A stretch of DNA of 62,246 bases, the filler included, from Porpidia crustulata (lineage: Eukaryota): NCBI GenBank assembly GCA_964255105.1. It is 6 parts of 6 records of this genome, joined end to end, with 100 filler letters (N's around TTAATTAATTAA, not from the genome) between each part and the next. Parts side by side here need not be neighbours in the genome. Positions count along the whole stretch, not along the records: positions 31,212 to 41,496 come from CAXUWE010000796.1; positions 41,597 to 51,876 come from CAXUWE010000797.1; 4 more parts are not named here. One strand, given 5' to 3'. Shown piece after piece: positions 38,501 through 51,976 of the stretch; within the stretch, counting starts at the first letter, position 1, and the number at the start of each line of letters is the position of its first letter. A program made the position numbers and the translations under genes. A model generated the notes under the pieces. It did no database searches, was not told the origin of the DNA, and saw only the letters and a program-made list of their open reading frames with translations.

Positions 38501-41496
38501 ATGATTCTTGGTCGATGGAGATCAAATGGGAAAGTCAAGCTATTCAAGGAAAGGTTCAGGTACCGGAAGCCGGTCCGAGGAGTACTCTAGAAAATAATAT
38601 GGAGACTCAGTATGGCCTGAGTGAGATCTGGATCTCGTGGCATTACAAGCCAAGACCCGGTCAAGAACTTTCACAGAATTTTTGACTTTCTAGGTCCTGA
38701 GACGATCGATCACAATTCACATGTCCATCACCATCAAATTCTAGGTTTCAGATGATAAGGACCGTGTTACAATTCCTTGTAGTTGAATGGAATGCCTAAG
38801 GCCTCTCATGGTAGGAATAACTTTCATCTAACCGGGAAACAAGTATGTGCAACGGATGCTGATAGAAGCCAGCCAACTATACGAATTTCGAAGACTACGG
38901 AGCCTGTTTCAATCTTAAAATCTTTCTCGAGTCTTATCACGTTCAAAGGTGGCATTCACGGACTACCTCTCAGCATATCATAATGCCAGGCCTCGAGGTC
39001 CAGGTGCCAGCGAGCTAGGGAAATTATACTAGCCGCAAGCCATGGCTGACGATAGCTTCCCTATGGCTTGTGAGGCTCATATTAAGATTAGCTTCTCCCG
39101 GCGATTTTCAAGACAATCGATTACGTTTATCAAACCGTGACCTCAGAGTTCCGTGGATCATAATTAGTATTGACCATGACATTATTTATTCTTTTATTGA
39201 TGCTATCTTTGCACGCTTAAAACTAATGAAACAACAAATGGCAATTTATCATAGCTAGATCGGAACATACGGACGACATATTACACATATTTCCTTACTC
39301 TGTCTGTATGCTGCAATCAAATCGTTGGTGGATTGGCGTGGAAGGCTGAAGTGACGGGCCTTGACCCTTGGAATCCAGGTATTATGGGAGAATTACCGGA
39401 TGAAATGGCTGATTGTGTCGTTGCTTGTATCTGCGAGATTCTGCAAGATAAGGATATCTTTCACGGCACAGATCAATTCGAGTTTATGGTGCATGAGTGG
39501 GTGAGCGGACGATCGTTCTGTTCCAAGGTACTGGGATTGAATTTCATATTTTACATTTCGCATCTCCTCCTCTTTCTACTCTCCCTCCTCATCTGCCGAT
39601 ATGACGACGATTCATCATTGGGCACTTGGGTCAGGATAAAACTGCCGCCTGACGCCGTGCCTGTGCGTCTACTTTTTGCCTAAAGTCTTCCCGCTACGGA
39701 AAATCAAGAAGGAAATACTTTACTATCATGAATTATGACCACGATTGGATCCAACGTTTGTGTCCTGATCGCTGAGCCTTGTTCCGGATGCCAACCTGTG
39801 TGTTATAGCTTACGAACCTAGGGAGATAGACTGAGCCTCAATATCTTATGCCGTCAATCATTCCGTACTAAGCCAATTTAGACCATGGACTTAGTTGACC
39901 GGGGCATCACCAACTGATTTGGAATTGATCTCTTTGTGTTTATCCCAGGTTCCTTCGATCCATCTGACCAAGAACGTCAGTGCTCCAGGACAACGTTAGG
40001 GCTGACAAGCACGCCTAGTATGTCGGTATTCCATTCCTCCGCGCCTGTGGTGGACTTCTGATCGTTCGGATTGTATCCTTGGAAGTCGCTGGCTTCATGT
40101 TCACTAGCTTGTTTAGTTCTTGGTCATTGCTCCCATTTCGAATAAAGGATCAACTATTTCTTCTAGATTTCATCACGTTTGCTTCAGATAGAGCTATCTG
40201 TATTTAATTAAAATGGCAGCTGTATTCAAAAGACGGCCCATTCATAGCTTTGCGCAGGAGCCTGCTGCTAGGTCCTTACCGCGAAGCGCATCAATCCAAC
40301 AGGAGCACATCTTATTACAGTTGAACACAAGCTCCCATACCGATGTCCTAGGTAGACGTTCACCTTAGTGTAAAGAAGAAGGTGGGCATGCGTGTCATGC
40401 AGGAAGAAAACGTGCTCGTCGATCAAAAATGCGGAGAATTACTCTGGCTCCGCCACACCGCACCCCCAACACCCTATCCGCACCAATGAAGGAAAATATA
40501 TAAAATTATTTCTCCGATTCCCAGAGTCCAAGACGGTATCTTCGTTAGGGCTGCATCCGTATAAGCCAACTTTGACCGCGTTGTGAGGAAACGTGCCACA
40601 CGACCGCGCTTGGTCCGCTTTTGACAGTCACACAGTGCACGCACACTTCTCCTCACCTTTCATCCTCCTGCTCAACCACGTTGACTGCGGACGACCGCAC
40701 GAGCCTTTCAGCAAGACAGCAAATTATCAAAGCGGCTTGGTAGAGGTCTTCAGCTCAACGGCCAGGTTTCGAAATCAGACAAGTCTACGCGTTGGGGCGC
40801 CGTACCATCCAAGACGACTGCGACGGACAACTTTTCCAAGTATCTTCACTACTACCATCAGAGCGCGCAACTATCTGGTCTACATGAACGTGTAAGAAAT
40901 GGTTGGCACGATGATCTAAAGGATCCATGACCTTGGAAACCTCCCGTCACCCGTGAAAATATGGCGTGCTCATAGCAAACTGTGTCCTTCCTCCCTTCTT
41001 CCCAACCCAACCCGCGCTTCTCTCAACCCTATAGCTTCGAAAAGGCTCTCTACCCAGTTCCTCCCGGGACCGAAAAGGGGAGTCTGAGAATGAGTGCCTC
41101 ATGCGGGGCCAGTTCCGACAGCAGCAGTGTCAATCACCTCGGTGAGCGTTTTGGAGATGTTGTCTTCGAGATCTATGGGATGGATGGAGGCATAGTGGGT
41201 TTCGATAGTTCGAGATATATCAAGGATAGCAGATATAAAAGGATTTTCGTGATGAAAAAAGACAAAGTGTTCAATGATCAATGTCCCATCTAGAGTTCTT
41301 CCTCAATCGAAATATCTACCAAATATCTCTCGCTTTCCTATTTATTTCTTTTCATTCATCATCAACACCACCACTATCACCACCACCATCACCACACAAC
41401 CCCGCACCTCCTATCTCCATTCTATAACCAATAAACAGCATCGCCTTTTGCAACCGTGATTTCTTTTCTACTTTCTTGAATCACGGGGTTTTCGAT

Positions 41497-41596
41497 NNNN
41501 NNNNNNNNNNNNNNNNNNNNNNNNNNNNNNNNNNNNNNNNTTAATTAATTAANNNNNNNNNNNNNNNNNNNNNNNNNNNNNNNNNNNNNNNNNNNN
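41497..41596. other. Artificial contig linker
   Basis: N44-TTAATTAATTAA-N44. Confidence 0.98.
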
Positions 41597-42531
41597 GTCT
41601 TTGGGGTTGATGTCTTTGAGGGAGGAGAGACGGCAGATGCTGATGATGCAGACGCTGTGGAGGGGGGTTGTTAGTTTTTTATGGTTACAATTTGTAGGTA
41701 TGGAGATTGGAGACTTACAGTCCACCAAGTAGAAATACCAAAATAATCCCAATCCTTCGATTCCGGTCAACCTTCAACCTCCAGACAATCGGAATCGGTT
41801 GGATTAGAAGAATAACGTCTCCGATCAATCCCAATGTCGCGGTCGCCAGATACAACTCATTCCGATTAACACAATGGCTCGTCGCGGTAGGCATCCAGAA
41901 CGAACTGACGGGGAAACATTGCAAGACGAAACCGACGAAGCCGGCAATGAAGCACGCGATGAAGAATGCGCCGACGGCCCATATCGACCAGCGGAAGTGT
42001 CGATTAGGAAAGAGGCGGTAATAGAAGAGGAGGATGCCAATCTTGATGAGAGTGGACGAGACCATCCATGTGAGGAGGAGAGTGAAGAGGCACTGGAGAG
42101 GATTAGGTTTTGGAACAGAAAGGTTGACCTGTGGAACCTACTACTAGATATTTTCCTGGGTAGTCCTTGGGCAGGGTATTTGCGTGTAAGCCGAAGCCAT
42201 ATCGTAGCCCTAGTTGAATGAGTATTTTAGGTCTGCCAAGCTTGGGACGAAAGTGATTGTACATACCGACAAGATTACTTATAGCAGGAATGGTAGCAAA
42301 GAACTACTCTGTCAGCGTCTTTCCACGTCTACACACCCTAATGTCGAGGCAACGACAGAGTCTCACCAGTCCAGCAGCGATCATATAATCATCCCACCAA
42401 ACCTTGGCCCCCGAGACACGCCGCGCATACAATCGCAGGCCGTAGGAGACATAGGCCAGGACCAAAACGAGCGTTGTGATGGCGATGATCAGATTCTGGT
42501 TATAAGAAAGACCATCGGGAGAAGAGGTCAT
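41597..42531 (-). CDS. PTH11-like integral membrane protein (fungal rhodopsin-type domain, no CFEM), 3'-truncated
   Basis: LRLYARR..WWDDYMIAAGL, IKIGILLFYYRLF, QCFPVSSFW, DVILLIQPIPIVWRL..RRIGIILVFLLG, VCIISICRL; several short introns. Confidence 0.88.
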
Positions 42532-45500
42532 ATTGATGAGAATGGAGAAGTTGCAGAACCCATTGATTATCGACGCCGGCACGATGGAAATCTCATAAAC
42601 GCAGTAATTCTCTGATATTCACCGAGACGACTGGAATTTCTAGCGGGGAGGGTTTTCCAGCGGCTGGCGGTCGACCTAATTGAGAAAAGATCGATATGCC
42701 ACAATTTGGGTTTGAACGGGAAAGAAAGGTTCTAAGGTTACCAGATGGCAGTTCTGACAACGATTGTCATTTTGCTGTTGCTTTCTGTACGATTGATCAT
42801 AGAATGTTGTTCAATCACTCACGTTGCATCGAGGAAAATGTCCAAAACAGCCAACTAAGCCAGCATGCCGGCGTGAGAGCTAAGGCACCCTGTTCTTCAT
42901 CTACATTATAGTCACAATGGCACAGTCATATTTCCTCTGGAGCCAAAAAATCTCTTTTCGGTGCGGCCCGACTCAGCCGAAGCGAAAGGGAGGCTTAATG
43001 TTTCGTGATTTGGCCCTGATCTTCCCCGATCGAGACAAATCAAATGACGGCTCTGCACGATCTAGGCATCTTGATTCTTGCAAAGCTTCTCGTACCTACC
43101 TACACTACAGTAATTGCTTAAGGACTTGTACGTGCACGCTGGCTGTGATGCGCTGCAGTCCGTGCTTGTCCGGTAGGTGCACACCAACATCATGGATCAG
43201 GATATCGGGTCATGCAGACCAACTTATTTCAGGGATTGCCAATGTTGTCCAACCCACGTGTTTGTACAACCTTCACGCGTGCTTCGTGATCGACAGGACT
43301 TAGTATCCCAATTGATCAGAGCGTGAGACGGCAGTGCGGGAGATAACAGACATGAACGGGAAACAACAGCCATGAAAGCGATCTTTTCTCGTCGTGGTTA
43401 AAACCCTCTCACGCCCTTATCCCTGTTGATGATTTTCTGCTGTCAGCCTAGACTCCAAGATGGGTAGTGGCATTCCGCACTGCTGCGAAGCCAACAGCGC
43501 TTAGAATTAGCTGTTTCCGACCTTCCAACTTGTTACTATTAGTACCTACGTAGTAGATGTGGTTCTTACAGCCGACCAAGGGAAAATGAGGGCGGGTATT
43601 GGTGGGTTTAGCGTTGCATTAGTAGGAATCCATCGAAATGCTTAAATCTTGCAATTTAGCTGATAAGCTTTATTGGCCGTCTAGAAGGGTGAAAGGCCAG
43701 GAACCAATGAGTATATACCTCAGGCAGTACTACAACCACAACAATTTCTACGCCGCACCGCAACGCAGAACCACTTTCCACCTTCTTTCTCGTTTGCGCC
43801 CAATTATATCTGATTGGAGTCATGTGTGGAGTGCAGCGTACAAAAAGTTTACCTATTGTAGTGATTGATGTCCCGAAAAGATCCTTCGCAAAAGGACCAC
43901 AATTTCTACTGAAACTTGAGCACATCAAAGCTTCTTCTTGGAACTCCTCGTAGTCTCTTCCATCAATCCTGCTATCACTTCATCATACTGGTCTTACAAT
44001 GAAGTCTTCATAATCAGAGTTCAACGTCGTCTCCTCGCCGTCTCCTCTGCCTTTCAACCACGCTGCGGCATTCTGTAAACATTTCGCTGGTTTTTCAGGA
44101 CCTCGTTTTTTCTGACGACCCATTCGCCGCCAAGTCTAATCTTATCTAGCTCCAACCTTTCTTCTTGTTTATTAGATGTTCAATCATTTATGGATTTATC
44201 TCTGCGAATATATGATATACACTGGGGCCCATGAAAAGCAGGCTGGCACGGCTGGTAGCGCCGGAGCTGATTCCGCTCTATAGCGTGGGCGACTAAACAA
44301 CTGATCGAATCTATTCCCGAGGCCACCGTAAGCCTGAGGTTGGGATACAGGCGGATCCTACAGGCTACGTAATTGGACATGAGGCTCCAACTGTGGCACG
44401 CGATGGTCACGGTTTATGTGAGTAGAAATGAGCGCAAGGCACAGATCCTTTTGGGGGGCGCAAATCAAGATGAGTCGCTCGAATGGTCGTGGGAAGCAGC
44501 CATGGATGTATCATGCGCGAATTCACAGTCAATTGGGTACATCTCGCTACTAGGTCAAGCCATGGCGCTCTCAAGGACACAGAACATCGGGGCATTTTGG
44601 TTATGAAAGTGATCGATCTTGATCAGCAAGTCCGGAGCAACGTGCAAGATCAACCTGTAACGCTGCTTTCGTGGTCAGTGACCTAGCAAAGTTTGGATTG
44701 TGGTTGAGTAACTCTAGCTGATAAGAGCCCTGCTTACGTCCATTGCATTGAATAATATTGTGTGGAACCCCACTCGCTTCTTGATTCTACTTATCAGCCT
44801 CTCGAATCTACAGAGATTAGCGTACGTTCCATGCCAGAACTCCTGAACGTCAGCGAGCTGTCTTCGGAAGACCATTCTTGTCCGTAGGGACAACAGTGAA
44901 ATCTTTGGCCTACTGATCCGAATCGTAATGAACCCGGAGGTATTGCTTGATACACCGATAAAAAACATCCTTTCGATTATCCCTCATAGTTGCCGGATAA
45001 TCTTCTTGATACATTGGCAAACCGGGTTCGAAATGTCCCGGGATGTGCAGTAGTGACTTAAGGTAGACACAATCCGTCTCCATGTGCTTCGGTAGCCGCG
45101 AATTTGATATGCTACCCCCACTGATCCCTGGTGTTTTACTGTGGCGTAGATTTTACAAGATTCTGTTAATGGTACAGTAGTAAAATTGCTATAGCTATCT
45201 CTCCGTGGCCAAGTAGCCATGAACAGCCGGAAGACTTATTAACAGATGTACTCATCTTCTGCTATGAGGAAAAGGTGATGAGGGGCATAGCAATAAGTAG
45301 CTAAGTAGATTAGTGGTTGCGCTGAGTGCATCACCACCAAGATCGCCTCGTCTTTCTCTTAAACCCACACTGCCATCGGTGGCTGCAGAGTACTACAAGG
45401 TTCGGATAGCACATCTGCCACCCCCGGCCTTAGCCTGTGTACAACATGTGCGAAATCAAAGGTGCTATGTTATTATCGTGGTGAAACTCCTTCGCTGTAG

Positions 45501-45860
45501 ATAGATACTAATTATACAATTCCCATCTATGACAAACATATATTAAACGTTGCCGGCCAAGCGATCCAGTTGGCTATGCCTATGCAGTACGCAATGAAGC
45601 GGGTCATCGTCAGAAGCCTGTCACGTCGCACAACCATAAGTCGCTCAATATGAGCGGTTGAGCAACGGAGCCTGCGGGATTATGCGAGCGCCAAGACGGA
45701 GACCGACGTCTTAGTAGCACTGCCCGGAGGAATTGCCAAATTGTCGATAACAGATGGACTTCCGTGGACGGATTCCAACAGCGCTAACGGCAGGGGCTGC
45801 TTCCTCGGCTATAACGGGCTAGTGGTTTCGGCTTAGGTCTCGTTCAAAGCCTGCGGAGCT

Positions 45861-47321
45861 TCAGACCTTCCATGTTTTGAGTTGTTTGGATCGAAGAAAC
45901 CTCGCAATGCCAAACAAAGTTGCTGCTCCGAGGATTGTTCCTCCACCAAAGCCTTGAGCGGACCCAAATTTTCCGTTCGCAATGTTAAGTAGAGATCCAG
46001 CGATCGGGTTGCCTATTAAGAGGCCAAATGCTCCAATGAAGAGACTCATACCCATCCAGGTGCCGACCATAGCCATGTCTGGCGTAAGTTCCACAATCGT
46101 AGGTGGTATCAAGGACACAAATGCCCCAGAGAAGAAGCCGTAGAAAATGCTGAAGGCCGTTATACCTGCCGTGCCCGTAATGTCAATCCAGCCTAAACAC
46201 AAAATCCCTGCCGCAAGTGTGCAAGGCACCAACATGTTCAAGGGACCGAATTTGTCGGCGAGAAAGTTTGGGATGACTCGACCGAAGGTAGAGCTGCCAT
46301 TCATAATCGCGAGTAAATAAAATGCATAATCCCCTGTGATATGAGTCCGGGCCAATGCGTAGCTCTGAACGTAGAACATTGGAAAGTAGAGACCACAAAA
46401 GCCAACCAGAATTCCAATACTGTTCAGTGTATAAGGTACCGACTTAAAAGCTGACAGCTGCAATAGAGACCGAGACTGTTTTGGGGTTATCCGTGTTTTC
46501 AGAACCGTAATCGCGATGCATAGCAAGGCGAAGGAGATGAAGGCCAGGACTCGAGTCGCCCAGCCGAAACCGATAGCTGGTAGTAATTTTCGGAATGTAA
46601 TGGGCAGAATGACACCTCCTGCAGAAACATTGAGAATTAGTCCTGATAATCGTATACATGAAACACTTATATGCTAACCTATACTACTCCCTGCCACTGA
46701 GATTCCCGTAGCAAAGGCCCGTTTGGTGGTAAAGTATGTTGCTACCACGGCAAGACTTGGAACGAAGAGACATCCGCTTCCTAAGCCTACGCAGAGGCCT
46801 TGCGCCAGCAGAACCTGATAGTAGGACGTGGCAATGCTGGTCATCATGAGACCAAAGACGGTGAGGAAACTTCCTACAAGGAGTAGTGTCCGCAAGTATC
46901 CACGGTCAAAGATAGGTCCTGTGATGACGCCAATGAGCACCAAAAGGAAAGCTTGAATTGATCCGATCCATGATATTTGTGAAGAGCTGGTATGTGAAAG
47001 CAATTCGCGCTCATAGTAGGTTTGGTAGGTGCCAAAGGTATTTACAATGCCCCTATGCAGCCGGTCAGTGATCAGCGTAGCCAGTCGACAGTTGATCTCG
47101 ACTATTTACCAGCTTGTGAAAAATAGACAGAATGAACCGACGACCTGCAGCCAGGCCGTCAAGCCGCCATCTAGTCTCTCTGGCGGAGGAGGCGCGGTAT
47201 GATCGAGATTTTCCTTGGCTTCGTCCATGAAAGAGACAAAACCAGACTTCCTAGCGGAGCCGTGAGAAGATAAGAGACGGGCAAACCCACCACCTCTTTC
47301 ACGGAGCTCGATGGGATCCAT
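45861..47321 (-). CDS. MFS monocarboxylate-porter family transporter (MCH-like), 3 exons
   Basis: DGGLTAWLQVVGSFCLFFTSW|GIVNTFGTYQTYY, SQISWIGSIQAFL, GPIFDRGY, FGRVIPNFLADKFG, GNPIAGSLL. Confidence 0.93.
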
Positions 47322-48579
47322 CTACACCGCCCGTAGATTAGTACTACTGGGTATGGCGGATTGCAAACCGTTGCCTTAGTCAACTTGTCATATTGGAAGA
47401 AAGCCTTAAGATCCTGGTGTACGTCCCGTTGTGCCATAATTCCGACATTTCCCCAAAGTTCTTTGAGGCGCCAGTAACGCGTTCGGAGCAGGGGGCAGAA
47501 CGAGTTTCACCACCAATCCTGACTCACACTACATGAGAATGTACTGTGCGTACTGTGTTGATCCCCGAACAGATCCACAGTACATTGCATGCAACCTCGT
47601 GGGATGAGACGCGCATGGTGTGGGAGGCATGAATAGGAGGGGATACGCGTAGTGGTTGCATTATTTGCTGGATCCTTTTGTACTTTTTATCCTTGCCATG
47701 ATGCCGACGTGCACGGATGTTGGACTACCTGACTGGGCGAGAGATGCGACCTTTTCGCGAATGATGCTGGACATGTAGCGAGTAGTCACGCAGTAGTATA
47801 TCCATCTAGTATATCAGTACTCCAAAGGGATAGGGCGTATGCGCAAGAGCGGCGGTAAATTGAGCGACTGCTAGCCAAGCCTAATCAGGAAAAGCTCGCT
47901 AATACTCAATACACTAACGGTTTCGAGAGAGCAGTAGTACCATGCAGGCGTACACAATAAACAACTCCAGCGACACCAATAATCACCCCGAATCTTAGCA
48001 GCACCATAGACACGGGACTAGGTTTCACGCACCCGATATGTACAATGCTGCAAGGCTATATTGGACGAATAGGTCGAGATCGCAAGAGACTATTGCCACA
48101 AGATCCTCTCTAGTTGACTATGATCAAAGACCAGCAGTCTATTCTCATCGCTACTGTGGGATGCCATGCTGGCGGCATTGTCTTGGCCTTCAACGTGTCC
48201 TCATCACCGAGAGATAAGTAGAGAGCAATGGCCCGGTTTGGATGACACTACCACTAACCTCGCGTTCCACCTTGTCCAGCGTGGCGGCAATTCCCCGGTG
48301 CCACCACAAGCACGATATCCAAACGCTCGAAGAATTTATTGTATATTAATTTACCAGATGACCGCTGCATAAAACCGTTCCTGTTTCTCTATTCGTAAAT
48401 ATCGTTGGTGGCTTCATTGTAGACTTTGAACCTCGTTTTCCTTGAGCATTAAAGTCGCCTTGTGTGCGCGTAATTCTGTGTTGCCTTTCATGTCGGTGAA
48501 TACCACAACCATCGAAATCTCTCCTCGGAAGTCCGCAACAAAGCCAACGTCAAAACAGTGGAAGTCTGTTCAGTTTACA

Positions 48580-50972
48580 ATGCCTGACGTGCAAGATCAC
48601 GGCCAAACTGTCTTACGGCATTGGGACAGGTTGGTCGATTTAATCGGCGACTCTGAGAGGGAATTTGCGATTGATGGAGAATCTCTAAGTCCAGCTGTAG
48701 TCATTGCAGTTGCCAGGTGTGTTCAGAGAACTCGTACTCTATCTACGAAGCTTGTTGCGCCCTTAACCTAATTTGTCTGCAGATATGGAGCTCTTGTAAC
48801 ATTCAGCAACAAGATATTATATCGAGTCGAGGCCAGCGCGGAATTTTTGAAAAAGTGCCTCGCTGACGGGCAGTGTATATATGGTCGGTATTCCCACTTG
48901 GTCACTGCTCGGATACAGACTGAAAGCCTTGAAAAGGTGTGAATACGGGGTTTGGGGGTAGCGCAGATACCCGCACAGATGAAGTAGACAAGCTTCAACG
49001 CACGTTGATCAGTTTCCTAAACTGTGGCGTTCTTGCAACGCCCAAGGATAAACACACGACCGGGGATGGATTTGTCGATGGGATGAGGAATGGGATTTCG
49101 AATGGTCTGACGAACGGCCATGTCAACGGATCGAAGAATGGCCATGTCCAAGGATCACAAAGGTTGGCCCGGGTGGAATCAAAGTTCAAAAAGGCCTTGC
49201 TGAATGAAGATCCAATTGCAACTACCTTTATGCCCGAGACGTGGGTCAAATCTTCCTTGCTCATAAGAGGAAACTCGCTCGCTAGTGGAAATTCCGGTGT
49301 TCGCCCTGAACTGATCCAGAATCTTGTGGGTCTCTTGAGAAAGGAAATTATTCCGGTCATCCCCGTTCGTGGAAGCGTTTCCGCATCTGGCGATCTGATC
49401 CCACTTTCCTACATCGGTGGAGCTCTCGAAGGAAGCCCCGGAATCCAAGTATGGGTCAACGATAACAAAGGCGGACGGGAATTAACAACAGCAGACGTGG
49501 CGCTTTCACAATCGTCACTAGCCCCTCTTCGTCTGGCCCCTAAAGAAGGCCTCGCAATCGTCAATGGAACCGCAGTATCCGCAGGGGTTGGGACCTTGGC
49601 ACTCCACGATGCTCATTGTCTTGCGGTACTCTCTCAGATCTTGACTGCCATGAGCGTGGAATCCCTTCGCGGTTGTGCCGAGAGCTTTGATCCTTTCCTC
49701 GCCGCAGTCCGCCCCCACCCAGGCCAAATAGAAGCTGCCCGCAATATCCAGGGCTTCTTGATGGGTTCGAAAATGATAACCACCGGCGATCATCACTCCG
49801 TTGATGACGGGTCCTTGCGTCAAGATAGATATTCCACTCGTACTGCCCCACAATGGCTAGGCCCACAGCTGGAGGATCTTATGTTGGCACACAAGCAACT
49901 CTCTGTAGAGATAAATTCCACGACGGACAATCCCATCATTGACTCCTATGGCGGTAGAGTCCTACACGGTGGTAACTTCCAGGCCATGAGTGTCACATCC
50001 GCAATGGAGAAAACACGGTCAGCCATGCAAGCCATTGGACGTATGCTGTTTGCGCAATGCACGGAGTTGATAAATCCAGCACTGAACAACGGCCTACCAC
50101 CCAACATGACTGCCGATGAGCCGAGTCAATCATTCCTATTAAAAGGCGTAGATATCAGCATCGCTGCCCTTCAAGCTGAATTGGGACTTTTGGCAAACCC
50201 TGTACAGCCTCATATGCAGAACGCGGAGATGGGGAACCAGTCTCTTAATTCCCTTGCGCTAGTGTCCGCGCGATACACCCACATGGCGCTCGACGTTCTG
50301 TCCCAACTCTCCGCGGCGTTTCTATTGACCCTCTGCCAGGCATTGGATTTGCGAGCCCTCCATATTCGGTTTCTCGAGGCATTGAAACCCGCGTTGACCA
50401 TGGCGACGCAGGAAACGCTTGGGCCCGTTGTGCATAACATTGACCGTCTCCATCCGAGTTTGTGGCTGCACTTTGAGCGAGAGGTGAACAAGACTACAAC
50501 AATGGATTCGGCAGAGCGATTTCCTCGAGTCATCACATCTATGCAGACCACGATACTAGCCCACGCATTTCACTCATCCAAGGACGACTCGCGTCTTCTT
50601 CCCGCGATGAGGCAATGGACAAACACCTGTTCTGCCACCGCACTACAGACCTTCCGTACCAACCGTGAGATCTATTCTGCAAACCCAGATCCCACAGAAT
50701 TTCTAGGCTCGGCTTCCCGCCGCATGTATGATTTCGTGCGCCGGGAGCTAGGCGTGCCGTTCCAAACCGTATACTCGAAGACTTGGAATCCTGACGCCAC
50801 GTGGATGGATCCAAGCTCCAACAGCGCGAGCGTTGGATCGTTTGTGACGAAAATCTATACCGCCATCCGGAGCGGCGCGCTGTATGTTCCGGTTATGGAA
50901 TGCTTGCGTGAGGTCAGTGTTGAGACGAACGGCGTGACAACCGGATCCAAGAGGAAGAGGTGCTCGACGTGA
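48580..50972 (+). CDS. PAL: Phenylalanine ammonia-lyase (exons 48580-48716, 48783-48883, 48937-50972; 757 aa)
   Basis: IYG|VNTGFGGSADTRT, MIO-forming SASGDLIPLSYI, KEGLAIVNGT, LRQDRYSTRTAPQWLGP, NSTTDNP, HGGNFQ, AEMGNQSLNSLAL. Confidence 0.96.
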
Positions 50973-51876
50973 TGGCGGCACGTTGGGCTATCACGAAATT
51001 ACGACTCTAATTACCCAGCTCACGTCCAGCAGCGCAAATCCACACGGTCGTTACTTCGGCGTTGACATGTATACTGGGTGGCTGTCATGACTGCTGGTTC
51101 TACCTCTTACGGTGACGGAGCTCTTGAAAACGGTGCCATGAATCATGTCACGATTGCTTACGTCTCGCGCTCATTAGATCGAAGTTGCAAATAGCGCAAT
51201 TATACGAGGCTATAAGTGCTTTAATAGCTAAAGATAGACCACTAGAATGAATAGAACATAAACATCGAAATTCCGATAAATGTGTATCTATACTTTGATG
51301 TAAGTAAGTAGACTTCAATATTCATATAATTGAGCAGATCAAAAAGCCATTATAGGCCACATCGCCAATTCCGTCTACTACTCTCACCGACCCTCACTTC
51401 AACCAAGCACCCAACAAAAAATCCCAACTCACGCCCAGCTCGAACCCTCACCCTAACTTCAAAAATCTCACCGTCAAGCAACAATCATCATCCCACCAAA
51501 AACCAACATCTACCTCAATAACACCCCTTCAACCCCACAACTCACCAACCCACGACAGCAATTTTCCAAACACCCAAACTATAATCCTACAATAAAAAAT
51601 CTCCCAGAGAAGCAATTGCTTTGAACCATCCATTCTTGAGAAAATGTTGCGGACGAATGTCTACTGAGCGGCCCGTGTGTAATTTCTGGGCTGGAGGATT
51701 TAGGGTAAGGTATGTTTATTGGATGTTAGTGCAGCGCTTTGTAGATAGATGAAAGAAAAGGAAAGGAAAGGAAAGAAAAGAAATTAGATGCCAAAGAAAT
51801 TGAAGTAGTTGAAATCAATCTCACCCCCTTTTTCTTCAAACAAAATCATCCCCGCGCTCCAATCACCCACCTGAAA

Positions 51877-51976
51877 NNNNNNNNNNNNNNNNNNNNNNNN
51901 NNNNNNNNNNNNNNNNNNNNTTAATTAATTAANNNNNNNNNNNNNNNNNNNNNNNNNNNNNNNNNNNNNNNNNNNN
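51877..51976. other. Artificial contig linker
   Basis: N44-TTAATTAATTAA-N44. Confidence 0.98.

Noticed and set aside
43656..44123. Minus-strand basic/acidic fragment (MGRQKKRGPEK...) as a transposase remnant
   Set aside because: No DDE motif, TIR or TSD found.
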